A stretch of 64,000 nt of DNA from Limnochordales bacterium. GTDB taxonomy: Bacteria; Bacillota; Limnochordia; Limnochordales; DUMU01. The position numbers and the translations under genes were made by a program. Shown here one piece after another: positions 51,663 through 62,092 of the stretch. Numbering within the stretch: position 1 is the stretch's first letter; each line of letters opens with the position of its first letter. The DNA lies in the NCBI GenBank assembly GCA_014896315.1, contig JADBKP010000005.1, positions 149,140 through 213,139 of the forward strand, given 5' to 3'. The notes under the pieces were generated by a model that saw only the letters and a list, made by a program, of their open reading frames with translations, was not told where the DNA came from and ran no database searches.

Positions 51663-53642
51663 TTGTGTGGCATAATCGGTTACACGGGCGCGCGGGCGAC
51701 GTTACCGCTGCTGCTTGAAGGGTTAGCCCGCCTTGAGTACCGGGGGTATGACTCAGCCGGAGTGGCACTGCTGCCGGGGCGGGGCGGTGACGGAATCCTG
51801 GCCACGAGGCAGGTGATGATGGCACCTGCCACCATTGTAGTCAGAAAAGCGGCCGGCCGGCTTGATCGGCTGCAACAGCTCCTGCGGAAACATCCCCCGG
51901 AACAGGATCTAAACGGCTTCACCGGGTCCGGTGTCATCTTCACCACCGGCATCGGTCACACTCGCTGGGCTACGCACGGGCCGCCCACCGATAGCAATGC
52001 CCACCCGCACCTGGATTGCCGCCGACGGGTGGCAGTAGTTCACAACGGGATTATCGAGAATACGCTTTCTCTCCGCGAGGAGTTGCTCAGCCGGGGACAC
52101 CGGTTCACCTCGGAAACGGATACCGAGGTGATTGCACACCTGCTGGAAGAGGCACTCGCCACCGGGCAGGGGATGTACTGTGCCTGGTTGCAGGTGGTCG
52201 CCCGGCTGAAAGGCGCGTTTGCGCTGGCGGCGCTGACTGCCGATGCCCCTGGCAGCATCTGGCTGGCCCGCTTCTCCAGCCCGCTGGTGGTCGGACGCGG
52301 CGCCGACGGCTGGCTGGTTGCCTCCGACATCCCGGCCCTGCTGCCGTATACCCGGGAGGTCTATGTCTTGCAAGACCGGGAGGCCGCCGAGCTCTTGCCG
52401 GACCAGGCGCGGTTTTTCAGCTTCAACGGTGAAAGCTTGACCAAAGTTCCGCAGACGGTGGCCTGGGAGCTGGAGCAGGCCGAAAAGGGCGGCTTCCCCG
52501 ATTTCATGCTCAAAGAGATCCACGAGGAGCCGGCGGTCGTGCGCCGTCTTCTCACGCGGTACTATCCCGCCACGGGAGACGGACCCGACCTGGGGCTGCC
52601 CTGGGGTGATGGGTGGTGGGCGCAGCGCCGGAAGCTCTGGATCGTTGCCTCCGGTACGGCAGCGCATGCGGGGTTGATGGCCAAGTACTGGTTGGAGAGG
52701 GTTGCCGGCCTGCCGGTGGAGTTCGATGTGGCCTCCGAATTCCGCACCCGTGAACCGCTGCTTTCCCAGCGTGATCTGGCGCTGGTGATCAGCCAGTCCG
52801 GTGAGACGGCCGATACACTGGCGGGATTGCGCTTGTGCCGGGCAAGAGGAGTGCCGACCCTGGGCATCGTCAATGTGCCGACCAGCAGCATCGCCCGGGA
52901 GAGCGCCGCCGTGCTGCTGACCGAGGCCGGGCCGGAGATCGCCGTAGCCTCAACCAAGGCATACGTGGCGCAGCTGGTGGTGTTGGCCTTGCTTGCCCTC
53001 AGGGTGGCGCAGGCCAGAGCCCGGCATGCAGCCGGGGTGGCTGCGGAAGCGGGCGGAACGCCGGTAGTGCTGCCCGAGGACTCGGGAACCTGGCGTCAGC
53101 AGCTCGAACGGGGGTTGACGGTCCTGCCGACCGCCATTGAAGAGCTGTTGGGCCGCCAGGTCGTAATCGATCCCAGGATCGTGGAGAAGCTTGCCAGTTC
53201 AGAACATGTTTTCTACATCGGGCGGGGACTGGATTATGCAGCCGCGGTAGAGGCCGCCCTCAAGCTCAAAGAGATCACTTACATCCATGCCGAGGCCTAT
53301 GCGGCCGGAGAGCTCAAACACGGTCCGCTCGCTCTGATCGGTCCGGGGACGCCCGTGGTAGGCATCCTCACCCAGGATGAACTGATCTCCCGCACGCTGG
53401 CCAATCTCCACGAAGTGAAGGCCCGGCATGGATGGGTCGTGGGGGTAGGCCCCCAGCACGCGGTTGCCAGCGACGAGGCGGCATTTCTGGACGCGTACAT
53501 TCAAATACCCCCTCTACCCGGCCCGGCCCGCCCGGTGCTGGCCGCTCCGGCCCTGCAGCTCCTCGCCTATATGGTGGCACGTGCCCGCGGGACGGATGTT
53601 GATCGTCCCCGCAACCTGGCAAAAAGCGTCACGGTGGAGTAA
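51663..53642 (+). CDS. glmS: Glutamine-fructose-6-phosphate transaminase
   Basis: MCGIIG (TTG start), EYRGYDSAG, GHTRWATHG, SQSGETADT, PRNLAKSVTVE. Confidence 0.97.
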   Translation: MCGIIGYTGARATLPLLLEGLARLEYRGYDSAGVALLPGRGGDGILATRQVMMAPATIVVRKAAGRLDRLQQLLRKHPPEQDLNGFTGSGVIFTTGIGHTRWATHGPPTDSNAHPHLDCRRRVAVVHNGIIENTLSLREELLSRGHRFTSETDTEVIAHLLEEALATGQGMYCAWLQVVARLKGAFALAALTADAPGSIWLARFSSPLVVGRGADGWLVASDIPALLPYTREVYVLQDREAAELLPDQARFFSFNGESLTKVPQTVAWELEQAEKGGFPDFMLKEIHEEPAVVRRLLTRYYPATGDGPDLGLPWGDGWWAQRRKLWIVASGTAAHAGLMAKYWLERVAGLPVEFDVASEFRTREPLLSQRDLALVISQSGETADTLAGLRLCRARGVPTLGIVNVPTSSIARESAAVLLTEAGPEIAVASTKAYVAQLVVLALLALRVAQARARHAAGVAAEAGGTPVVLPEDSGTWRQQLERGLTVLPTAIEELLGRQVVIDPRIVEKLASSEHVFYIGRGLDYAAAVEAALKLKEITYIHAEAYAAGELKHGPLALIGPGTPVVGILTQDELISRTLANLHEVKARHGWVVGVGPQHAVASDEAAFLDAYIQIPPLPGPARPVLAAPALQLLAYMVARARGTDVDRPRNLAKSVTVE

Positions 53643-53655
53643 AGTAGAACCTGCC

Positions 53656-54042
53656 ATGATCGTGGGTCTGGGGACCGATATCATCGAAGTTCCCCGAATA
53701 GCACGGGCCTTCGACCGGTTCGGGGAGCGTTTCTTGCGCAAAGTTTATACCCCCGAAGAGATTGCCTACTGCCTGCGGGCGACTCATCGGGGGCGGGTAG
53801 TGGAGAGATTGGCCGGCCGGTTTGCCGCCAAGGAGGCGGTTATGAAGAGCCTGGGGTGTGGTCCGGGGAAAGTGCCGTGGCGGAGCGTGGCGATCCTGCC
53901 ACAGAAGGGCGGGCCGCCCCAGGTCGTCCTGAGTGGCCCGGCAGCCCGGCGCGCGGCAGAGCTTGGCGTGGAGCGGCTGCTGGTTAGCATCAGCCATCAG
54001 TCGCAATGGGCTGTCGCCACAGCGATCGCCGAGAGCCGGTGA
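53656..54042 (+). CDS. acpS: Holo-[acyl-carrier-protein] synthase
   Basis: MIVGLGTDII, AGRFAAKEA, VSISH. Confidence 0.95.
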   Translation: MIVGLGTDIIEVPRIARAFDRFGERFLRKVYTPEEIAYCLRATHRGRVVERLAGRFAAKEAVMKSLGCGPGKVPWRSVAILPQKGGPPQVVLSGPAARRAAELGVERLLVSISHQSQWAVATAIAESR

Positions 54043-54043
54043 G

Positions 54044-55981
54044 ATGGCAAGGGAGGAGCATCCGCAAATGCCGGTGGGTCTACTGGTAGGTAAGGCTGAT
54101 ATTCTGCGTCTCCTGGACCAGCGGGCGGAGCAGGAGTTTGGCCTGGACACCAGGATGTTGATGGAGAATGCCGGCCTCGCGGTGGCCCGGCAGGTGGCGG
54201 CGCTGGCGGGGGCTGACCTCTTTACACCGCTCTCTTTGCGGGGGCTCCGGGTTGTGGTCTTTGCCGGCGGCGGGAACAACGGCGGGGACGGTTTTGCTGC
54301 TGCCCGCCACCTTGCCCAGGCCGGAGCCCAGGTACGGGTGCTCTTTTTCGGGCAACCCCACCGGCTCCGGGGAGCAGCTCTGGCCAACTTCCAGGCCCTG
54401 TCCGGATTTCCCATCGAAGTGCAGCCGATCGACGAGAGTACCAGCGACGACTTCCTGCGATTCGGTGCGCGCCTTGCCGATATCCTGGTCGATGCTCTGC
54501 TTGGCACGGGTAGCCGCCTGCCGCTCAGCCCGCTCTTGCGCCGGGCGACGGCGGCGATCAACGGGGCGGAGCGGCCGGTAGTGGCGGTGGATCTGCCCAC
54601 CGGCGTGGATGCCGACACCGGCAGCGTTGACCCGGAAGCGGTCCGGGCCACCTGTACCGTCACTTTCGGACTGCTCAAGCCGGGCCTGCTTCTGTATCCC
54701 GGCGCCAGCTACTGCGGCGAGGTAGTGCTCGAGCCGATCTCACTTCCGCTTTCCCGGCTTCTCGGGGAGGACGAAGAGAGTGCGCCAGATCCCGAAAGAA
54801 CCGGGAAGGCCGGGGTGCCTGCAGATTTGTCCGGACGGGTCTCTCAAGATCTGGCCTGGCTTCTTACTCCTGACAGTTTTGCGGCGGTGATGCGGCCGCG
54901 GCGGGCCGACTCTCACAAAGGAACTTACGGGCACGTGCTTGTGGTCGCCGGCAGCCGGGGTATGGCGGGGGCGGGCCGGCTGGCGGCCGAGGCCGCCCTG
55001 CGGGCGGGGGCCGGCCTGGTCACCCTGGCCATGCCGGCATCGCTTCTGGTTCAGGCCACGGCGGGACTGCCGGACTGCCTGACGTTGCCGTTGCCTGAGG
55101 GTCCCGATGGGCGCTGGGCGGCGGGAACGGCCACGGTCGTCCTGGAAGCAGCCAGGAGGGTGGACGCCCTGGTCATAGGCCCGGGAATCGGCCAGAGTGA
55201 ATCGGTCGCATTTGAAATGGAACGCTTGCTGGCGGGGCTGGCCGAAAGCGGACTTCCGGCAGTCCTGGATGCCGATGCCTTAAACCTTCTTGCCAAATTC
55301 GGACCTTCGCTGCTGCCTGCGGGGCTCCCGGCCGGTAAGTGGGTTTTGACCCCTCATCCGGGGGAGATGGCTCGGCTGCTTGGCCGGCAGACGGAGGCGG
55401 TGCAGAGTGACCGTCCCGGGGCTGCCCGGGCGGCGGTGGCCAGCTACCGCCAAGTGGTCGTGCTCAAAGGGGCGCATACTATCGTTGCGGATCCGGCGGG
55501 CCGTCTCTGGTTGAACCCCACCGGGAACCCGGGTATGGCCACAGGTGGGGCAGGCGATGTTCTGGCCGGAATGATCGGCACCTACCTGGCCCAGAAGCTG
55601 CCGGCCGAGATGGCCGCCTGTCTTGCGGTGTATCTTCACGGGCTGGCGGGGGACCTGGCGGCGGGAGTGCGCGGGGAGGCGGCGCTCATCGCTTCTGACA
55701 TCGTAAACTGTCTGGGTGCGGCCCGCAGGTGGCTGGAGTGGGCGGTGGCCGCAAGCACCGGTGATGGGCGAGGCGATCGAGGCGAGCTGCCCGGCCGTTA
55801 TCCCGATCTATCGCCGGTGGCCGGCAAGCCCTGGTTGCGCCGGCCCCTGGCCCGCTGGTACCGACCTGGTCTTTCGCCGAGCACCTGCGCGGACGGGGCG
55901 TTTGCCCCATATCCGCACATTCACGATTTGCCGATGTCAAACACCGGGAGATCTGAGGTTGGAAGGTCCGGACGTCCATGA
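54044..55981 (+). CDS. nnr: Bifunctional NAD(P)HX epimerase/dehydratase
   Basis: LMENAG, GNNGGDG, DALLGTG, HKGTYG, LTPHPGE, GGAGDVLAG. Confidence 0.93.
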   Translation: MAREEHPQMPVGLLVGKADILRLLDQRAEQEFGLDTRMLMENAGLAVARQVAALAGADLFTPLSLRGLRVVVFAGGGNNGGDGFAAARHLAQAGAQVRVLFFGQPHRLRGAALANFQALSGFPIEVQPIDESTSDDFLRFGARLADILVDALLGTGSRLPLSPLLRRATAAINGAERPVVAVDLPTGVDADTGSVDPEAVRATCTVTFGLLKPGLLLYPGASYCGEVVLEPISLPLSRLLGEDEESAPDPERTGKAGVPADLSGRVSQDLAWLLTPDSFAAVMRPRRADSHKGTYGHVLVVAGSRGMAGAGRLAAEAALRAGAGLVTLAMPASLLVQATAGLPDCLTLPLPEGPDGRWAAGTATVVLEAARRVDALVIGPGIGQSESVAFEMERLLAGLAESGLPAVLDADALNLLAKFGPSLLPAGLPAGKWVLTPHPGEMARLLGRQTEAVQSDRPGAARAAVASYRQVVVLKGAHTIVADPAGRLWLNPTGNPGMATGGAGDVLAGMIGTYLAQKLPAEMAACLAVYLHGLAGDLAAGVRGEAALIASDIVNCLGAARRWLEWAVAASTGDGRGDRGELPGRYPDLSPVAGKPWLRRPLARWYRPGLSPSTCADGAFAPYPHIHDLPMSNTGRSEVGRSGRP

Positions 55982-57132
55982 ACATGCTGAGCGCGGCCAA
56001 TGAGCGCCGACCCACCTGGGTGGAAGTGGACCTCAAGGCGATTGCCAGCAATGTGGCGGCCATCAAGACCCTTCTGCCGCCGGGCACACGGCTGATGGCT
56101 GTGGTCAAGGCAAATGCCTATGGGCACGGCGCAGTTCCGGTGGCGCAGGCGAGCCTCGCGGCCGGAGCTGAGTGGCTGGGGGTGGCCACGCCCGCCGAGG
56201 GTTGGGAGTTGCGGCAGGCGGGGATAGATGCGCCGATCCTGGTGCTGGGGGCAGCCTGGCCCTTTGAAGCCGAATGGTACCTGCGGGGAGATCTGCGGGC
56301 GACGGTGACTGCGCTCGATGAAGCCGAGGCCCTGTCGGAGGCGGCCGCCAGGGTGCGGGGGCGAGTGCTGGTTCATGTCAAGGTGGATACCGGCATGGGC
56401 CGTCTCGGCGTTCCGTTTGACCGGGCGGCGGAGTTTGTTGCTGCCATCTCCCGGTTACCGCACCTCGAGGTCGAAGGGCTTTTCAGCCACTTTGCCACCT
56501 CCGACGAAGCAGAGCTCTCTTTCGCCCGGGAGCAACTCGCCCGTTTCAACCAGGCCCTTGCCGACCTTGAGAGGCTGCACATCCCCATCTCTGTGCGCCA
56601 CCTCGCCAACTCGGGGGCGATCTTCAACCTCATGCCGGAGGCTGCCTTCGACATGGTACGGCTGGGCATCTCCCTGTATGGTTACTATCCTTCCGCCAGC
56701 GTGCCGCGGCGGGTGGAACTGCGGCCGGCCTTGCGCTGGTTTGCCCGGGCCGTCTTCGTCAAGCGGGTGGCCGCCGGCACGGCTATCAGTTACGGATCGA
56801 CCTATCGGACGGAACGGGAGACGACCATCGTTACCCTTCCGGTCGGCTACGCTGATGGGCTGCGCCGGCAGCTCAGCAACAAAGGCGCAATGCTGATGCA
56901 CGGCCGGCGCGTCCGGATTGCCGGGCGGGTCTGCATGGACCAGGTGATGCTGGATGTGGGCGACCTGCCAGTAGCTGCCGGTGACAAAGCGGTGATCATC
57001 GGTGAGGAGAACGGGGAGCGGATCACCGCGGACGATATCGCCTCCTGGTTGGGGACTATCCCGTATGAAGTTTTGACCTGCATCAGCCCGCGCGTTCCCC
57101 GCGTCTACCTGCGGGGCTCCGACTCGACCTGA
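55978..57132 (+). CDS. alr: Alanine racemase
   Basis: AVVKANAYGHG, HVKVDTGMGRLG, ISYG, GRVCMDQ. Confidence 0.97.
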   Translation: MNMLSAANERRPTWVEVDLKAIASNVAAIKTLLPPGTRLMAVVKANAYGHGAVPVAQASLAAGAEWLGVATPAEGWELRQAGIDAPILVLGAAWPFEAEWYLRGDLRATVTALDEAEALSEAAARVRGRVLVHVKVDTGMGRLGVPFDRAAEFVAAISRLPHLEVEGLFSHFATSDEAELSFAREQLARFNQALADLERLHIPISVRHLANSGAIFNLMPEAAFDMVRLGISLYGYYPSASVPRRVELRPALRWFARAVFVKRVAAGTAISYGSTYRTERETTIVTLPVGYADGLRRQLSNKGAMLMHGRRVRIAGRVCMDQVMLDVGDLPVAAGDKAVIIGEENGERITADDIASWLGTIPYEVLTCISPRVPRVYLRGSDST

Positions 57133-58700
57133 TCTCTGGTTTGCGCTTCCAGTTGTTTCAGAATCGCCTCGGCCTCCTGCAGCCGGAGGCGCAACTCTCG
57201 CAACAGGCTCTCCACATCCGGCGAGTGAGTTTCCGGCGCGGATGAGGGAGTCCGATCAGATCTGGACGGGGCAACCGTTTCCGCAAGAAATGCCTTGATC
57301 TCTTCGTCGCTGGTAAAGGTGAAAACCTGGTTGTTTCTGCTGTTTACGAACGCCTGGAAGGCCACGCCCGCACCATCTTCCGGTATGATCGGCGTTTTCC
57401 AGAAAAGCACTCCGTGCCGGATGAAAGGAAGGGGTTCGACAAGGCGAAAGCGGTTCCAGTCGACCAGCGGGTTGGCTTTACGGACATAATCCAGCGCCCC
57501 GACCGGACCGGTCAGCGTCTCGCCTGAGGAGGGGGTATAAACGCTCAGCCTTCCAGTGGTGGCAGAGACCAGGAAGATCTTGAAGATCCCGTGGCTGCGC
57601 CCGTAAGGTTCAGTGCTGGTAAACCAGACCAGACCCTCGTCGGTATTCATCAGGAAGGGCTGGCGGTTGCTTTCGGGTACGTCCTGTATCTCACTCTGCT
57701 CTACGTGCAGGAAAAGGCGATTGATCAGACCGCGGCGATAGGCGAAGGCCTCGACATACCGCCGGGCAAGCGTCTCCGGGAATACCCGTTCGCCGCCGGC
57801 AATCTCGTCTGCAGCTACCTCGGACACGGAGACGAAGCGGACCGTGCCCGCCGGGCTGACGGTGAAGACACCGGCAAAGTACGGCACCGTATGCAGAATT
57901 CCCCACCTGAACCTGAGTCTGTATCCGATTGCCGGGACGATGGTCCATACCTTATCGTCGACGACCTTGTAGAACGGCTTCTCACCCGTGACCCAGTAAC
58001 GGACCAGGTATACACGCCACCACAGGTTGTCGAAGAGCAGCTGACCTTCGGCCACGACGAGGGGAGACTCAATCAGCCTGGTAGCCTTGTCCTGGGTGGT
58101 GGCCCGTACCGTCATCACCCCGGCGGCAGGACGAAGGAACTTGAGGACTATACCTTGTGGAACCAGCGGGTACGTCCAGTGCAGGTCTCCCTCTACCATG
58201 GTGAGTGACGGCCGACCCAGCCGGTACTGGCTGAGTTGGAGAGAATCGCGGGCGTAGCGGGTGGCCACCTCTTGCGGCAGGAGCCGCACGTTGGCTGCGG
58301 ATTCGGGCAGATGGTCAATGGCTGTATACTGCAGCTCCTGGGACAGTGAGACCTGGCTGAGCCAGTTTCCCACCACCATGAAGCCTCCGAGAATAACCAC
58401 GGCGGCAGATCCGGAAACCCACCACAACCATCGGTACTGAAAAGTCCCCTTCTTGCCGGCTTCATTCACATATGTGCCCGTGCGGGGCCTGTTTAGCCAC
58501 TCCACCCGTCGCCACCAGGCAAAGTGGAGAATGCCCCAGACGAGTAGGCCTTCCAAGAGGGCAGGGTGGACGACCGCCAGCATCGCCAGGCTATGAAAGA
58601 GTGGCCGAAAGAGATACACTACCGCTGCCAGCAGAACGACTCCCAACACCCGCACAAGTCGCTTCTGTACCGGCCGTCCGGCACGGGCGTTTGCAGGCAC
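57105..58700 (-). CDS. Hypothetical membrane protein (about 3 N-terminal TMs, large extracytoplasmic domain, coiled-coil tail)
   Basis: 531-aa ORF with GGAGG RBS and protein-like composition; no family recognised. Confidence 0.7.
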   Translation of the reverse strand: MPANARAGRPVQKRLVRVLGVVLLAAVVYLFRPLFHSLAMLAVVHPALLEGLLVWGILHFAWWRRVEWLNRPRTGTYVNEAGKKGTFQYRWLWWVSGSAAVVILGGFMVVGNWLSQVSLSQELQYTAIDHLPESAANVRLLPQEVATRYARDSLQLSQYRLGRPSLTMVEGDLHWTYPLVPQGIVLKFLRPAAGVMTVRATTQDKATRLIESPLVVAEGQLLFDNLWWRVYLVRYWVTGEKPFYKVVDDKVWTIVPAIGYRLRFRWGILHTVPYFAGVFTVSPAGTVRFVSVSEVAADEIAGGERVFPETLARRYVEAFAYRRGLINRLFLHVEQSEIQDVPESNRQPFLMNTDEGLVWFTSTEPYGRSHGIFKIFLVSATTGRLSVYTPSSGETLTGPVGALDYVRKANPLVDWNRFRLVEPLPFIRHGVLFWKTPIIPEDGAGVAFQAFVNSRNNQVFTFTSDEEIKAFLAETVAPSRSDRTPSSAPETHSPDVESLLRELRLRLQEAEAILKQLEAQTRDQVESEPRR

Positions 58701-58935
58701 GTATTCCGCCTCCCGCTGTCACGCTGGTTGTTGTCGGAACCTGCCGTGTGCAGGCTTGACCCGCCCGCACAAGGTGAGTGTACCAGATGTTTCCTGAAGA
58801 CACAAGAGCCGGTGATAGCGGTTTAGGTGCGCTGCCTTAATGGCTTAATGGACAGAATAATCCCGCACGGGCTGGCAGGGCCGCGAGAGGGCCCGGCAGG
58901 TCGTGGATCACTGTCTACAGGGAGGGCGCGTGCTG

Positions 58936-60273
58936 ATGCGGGTGTTGATGTTGAGCTGGGAGTACCCGCCGCGCGTGGTTGGGGGGCTTGCCCGCCACGT
59001 GGCGGAGCTGTCGGAGCATCTTGTTCACCACGGGCATGAGGTGGTAGTGGCAACTGCGGGTGACGGGCGGCTGCCTCGTGATGAACGGATCAACGGGGTG
59101 CGGGTGCTGCGCACGGGGGCAGAAAGTCCGAACCCGCCCGATTTCCTCAGCTCGATACTGCAGCTCAACCTTGCCCTGGTCGAAGAGATCTTGAAGAGCG
59201 GCATCCTGACGGAGATCGAGATCATTCATGCTCATGATTGGCTCGTGGCCTACGCTGCCAAGCTGCTCAAGCATGGCCTGCGGCGGCCGTTGATTGCCAC
59301 CATCCATGCCACCGAACACGGCCGGAACCGGGGGCTGCATAATGACCTGCAGCGCTATATCAGCAATGTCGAATGGTGGCTGACGTACGAGGCGTGGCAG
59401 GTGATCTGTTGCAGTCAATATATGAAGAGTGAGTTACGGGGTGTCTTCCAGCTGCCTGCTGACAAGGTGCAGGTCATTCCAAACGGTGTGGTCCCGGAAC
59501 GCTGCCGCGATCGCTTACCGGAGGATCTGGCCGGCTTCCGCCATCGTCACGCTGCCCCCGATGAACAGATCGTCTTCTTCATGGGCCGGCTCGTGCCGGA
59601 GAAAGGAGTTGGGGTGTTGCTGGATGCCATCCCCCAGGTCCTTGCTTACTTCCCCAAGACCAAGTTCGTGATCTCCGGGAGCGGCCCGCAAGAGGCAGAA
59701 CTGAAGGCCAGAGCGCGAGATGTGGGCGTCTTTGACCGGATCTTCTTTACCGGGTTCATCGATGATCAGACGCGCAACGGACTGCTGGCCGTAGCCGATG
59801 TGGCGGTCTTCCCAAGCACGTACGAGCCATTTGGCATTGTCGCCCTGGAGGCGATGGCGGCCGGCGTGCCGGTTGTGGTCTCCGACACCGGAGGACTGGG
59901 GGAGATCATCGAGCACGGCCGCAACGGCCTCAAGGCCTATCCCGGCAACTCTCAGGCCCTGGCACAGCAGATCATGGCGCTCCTGGGTTCAGCCGAATTA
60001 CGGGAGCGGCTGCGTACGGCAGCCCGCCAGGATGTGGAGAGCATGTATAGCTGGGAGCGGATCAGCAGTGCCGTCAGCGCCCTCTACGAGCGGGTTTGGA
60101 CCGAGTATCTGCGCAGCGGTTGGGGAGCACCGGCCGCCGTACCGGATGCTCAGTTCTCCCGGAGTTGGCTCACCGGCCAGGAGGACGGTATGGCCTGGCC
60201 CGAGACGGTAATCCCGTCCCGGTACGTTTCGGCCGGCAGTGCCGACGGTGTCAGGAAGTCCCCTGTCAGGTAG
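58936..60273 (+). CDS. GT4 glycosyltransferase (glycogen-synthase-like)
   Basis: WEYPPRVVGGL, HAHDWL, TIHATE, GRLVPEKG, EPFGIVALEAM. Confidence 0.9.
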   Translation: MRVLMLSWEYPPRVVGGLARHVAELSEHLVHHGHEVVVATAGDGRLPRDERINGVRVLRTGAESPNPPDFLSSILQLNLALVEEILKSGILTEIEIIHAHDWLVAYAAKLLKHGLRRPLIATIHATEHGRNRGLHNDLQRYISNVEWWLTYEAWQVICCSQYMKSELRGVFQLPADKVQVIPNGVVPERCRDRLPEDLAGFRHRHAAPDEQIVFFMGRLVPEKGVGVLLDAIPQVLAYFPKTKFVISGSGPQEAELKARARDVGVFDRIFFTGFIDDQTRNGLLAVADVAVFPSTYEPFGIVALEAMAAGVPVVVSDTGGLGEIIEHGRNGLKAYPGNSQALAQQIMALLGSAELRERLRTAARQDVESMYSWERISSAVSALYERVWTEYLRSGWGAPAAVPDAQFSRSWLTGQEDGMAWPETVIPSRYVSAGSADGVRKSPVR

Positions 60274-61996
60274 CGGCTGCGACCGGATACGGGCCGCCCG
60301 TGCATCGTTCCGCAAAACTCCGAAACTGGAGCTCGCGGGGGAGCGCGTCGGTACGATAGAGGCGGTAATCGAGCCAGGGAAAGAGATTGTCCTGGGACTC
60401 AAGGTCGGCGACGAATTCCGGATCAACCTGGCCGGCTTCTACCATGTCGATCAGCCTGTTGAACCTTTGCACGTGCTGGGCAAACCTCAGCCGGGCGTAC
60501 TCCACCACCGTTCCCGTCTTTAAGATGAAGGCCCAGTCACTGCTCTGCGCCAGCAAGAGCTCACGTGCTGCCTGGTTTAAGGCCCTGCGCCGCCAGGATT
60601 CCTGGTCGCCGGCTGCGCCGTCCGGCTCCAGCCGCATGGCCCATTCAATCATCCGTTCTGCAGCCTGATACAGGTGACGGTAGATCCAGTCGTTTGAGCC
60701 TTCCAGCCAGACTTCGTGATATCCCTTGTAACCCCAGCTTGAGACGGAAGGCGAGACTACCTGGTGCCGCTTGTAACGGCCCAGGTAAGTTCCGGGGGTG
60801 ATGGTGGCGATGGTTACTTGATCGTAAGCCGCCCGCCGGAGGAAATACTCCAGGAAGATGGGTCCCTCCCACCACCAGTGGCCGAAGAGTTCTGCATCGT
60901 ACGGGGCGAGCACCACCGGGGGCTGTTCCATGCGGGTGCGGAGGAACTCAATCTGACGCTCGCGGTTGAAGAGAAAGTTGCCGGCGTGAACTGCCGCCCT
61001 CTCCCGGGCTGCCTGCGGGTCATAAAGATCTTTGTCCGCATTACCCCGAGCCGTAACCCGGTGGTACTTGATCCCCAGCGCGTGGCGGAAGTTGCCCTTC
61101 AGATACGGCCGCAGGTACTCAAAGTCGAGATCCCAGCCAATATCACGGTAAAACTCGCGGTAGGCGGGATCGCCCGGATACCCTTCGTCCGCACTCCACA
61201 CCTGCTGGGAAGATTCCCAGTCCCGTCCAAAGCAGGCCAGGCCCGTGGGAGAGTATATCGGCGCGTATACGGCATAGCGAGGCCGCGGCTTGCCAAAGAG
61301 CAGCCCGTGGCTGTCGAGAAAGGTGGCCCGCACACCCGTCTTGGCCAGGAGCCTGTCGGCTACGGGGGTGTAGCCGCACTCTGGCAGCCAGAAGCTGACC
61401 GGGGGCCGGCCAAACGCCCGGCGGTAACTCTCCAAGCCCACTTCAATCTGGGCCCGGACCGCCTCTGGATAAAGATCCATGAGGGGCAAGTAGCCGTGGG
61501 TGGCCGCCGACGCCAGTATCTCCAGGTGGCCGCTTTCCTGCAGTGAACGGAAATGCGGCAGAAGCCGCCGCCCGAAGCGGTATACGAAAGAAGTGTAGGT
61601 GTGACGGAAAAGATCGCGATACATCTGGGCCAGGGGGGCCAGGCGCGGATGCCAGCGTGTTCGCTCGACCTCCTTCTCCGCCAGTTCCATGAGCAGCTCG
61701 AGCCGGTGCACGTAACGGCTGATCAAGAGCTCATCGTCGAGCATGTGGGCCAGGGTGGGGGTGATGGAGAGGCTGAGCTGAAAAGGGACGCCTTCGTCCC
61801 GCAGCCTGAGCATCATGTTGAGCAGGGGTATGTACGTTTCGGTAAGCGCTTCGTAGAGCCACTCTTCCTCAAGCTGCTGCTCGTTGTCGCGATGACGAAT
61901 GAAAGGCAGATGCGCGTGCAGTACCAGGGCTATGTACCCCTGCGGTTCACTACCTTTAAGGTGAACAGGTAGCCCGGGCAATCTCTCGTCGGACAT
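60266..61996 (-). CDS. GH57 1,4-alpha-glucan branching enzyme (DUF1957)
   Basis: HAHLPFIRH, ETYIPL, WLPEC, YDAELFGHWW, ELLLAQSSDW. Confidence 0.92.
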   Translation of the reverse strand: MSDERLPGLPVHLKGSEPQGYIALVLHAHLPFIRHRDNEQQLEEEWLYEALTETYIPLLNMMLRLRDEGVPFQLSLSITPTLAHMLDDELLISRYVHRLELLMELAEKEVERTRWHPRLAPLAQMYRDLFRHTYTSFVYRFGRRLLPHFRSLQESGHLEILASAATHGYLPLMDLYPEAVRAQIEVGLESYRRAFGRPPVSFWLPECGYTPVADRLLAKTGVRATFLDSHGLLFGKPRPRYAVYAPIYSPTGLACFGRDWESSQQVWSADEGYPGDPAYREFYRDIGWDLDFEYLRPYLKGNFRHALGIKYHRVTARGNADKDLYDPQAARERAAVHAGNFLFNRERQIEFLRTRMEQPPVVLAPYDAELFGHWWWEGPIFLEYFLRRAAYDQVTIATITPGTYLGRYKRHQVVSPSVSSWGYKGYHEVWLEGSNDWIYRHLYQAAERMIEWAMRLEPDGAAGDQESWRRRALNQAARELLLAQSSDWAFILKTGTVVEYARLRFAQHVQRFNRLIDMVEAGQVDPEFVADLESQDNLFPWLDYRLYRTDALPRELQFRSFAERCTGGPYPVAAAT

Positions 61997-62092
61997 GGCA
62001 ACCCCTTTCCGCCAACGGAAAAGAAGTGCAACCGTTTTGCCGTTGGCTACTGATCGTCTTGTCTTGGCGTTGCGACCTACCACCCGGTCTTT

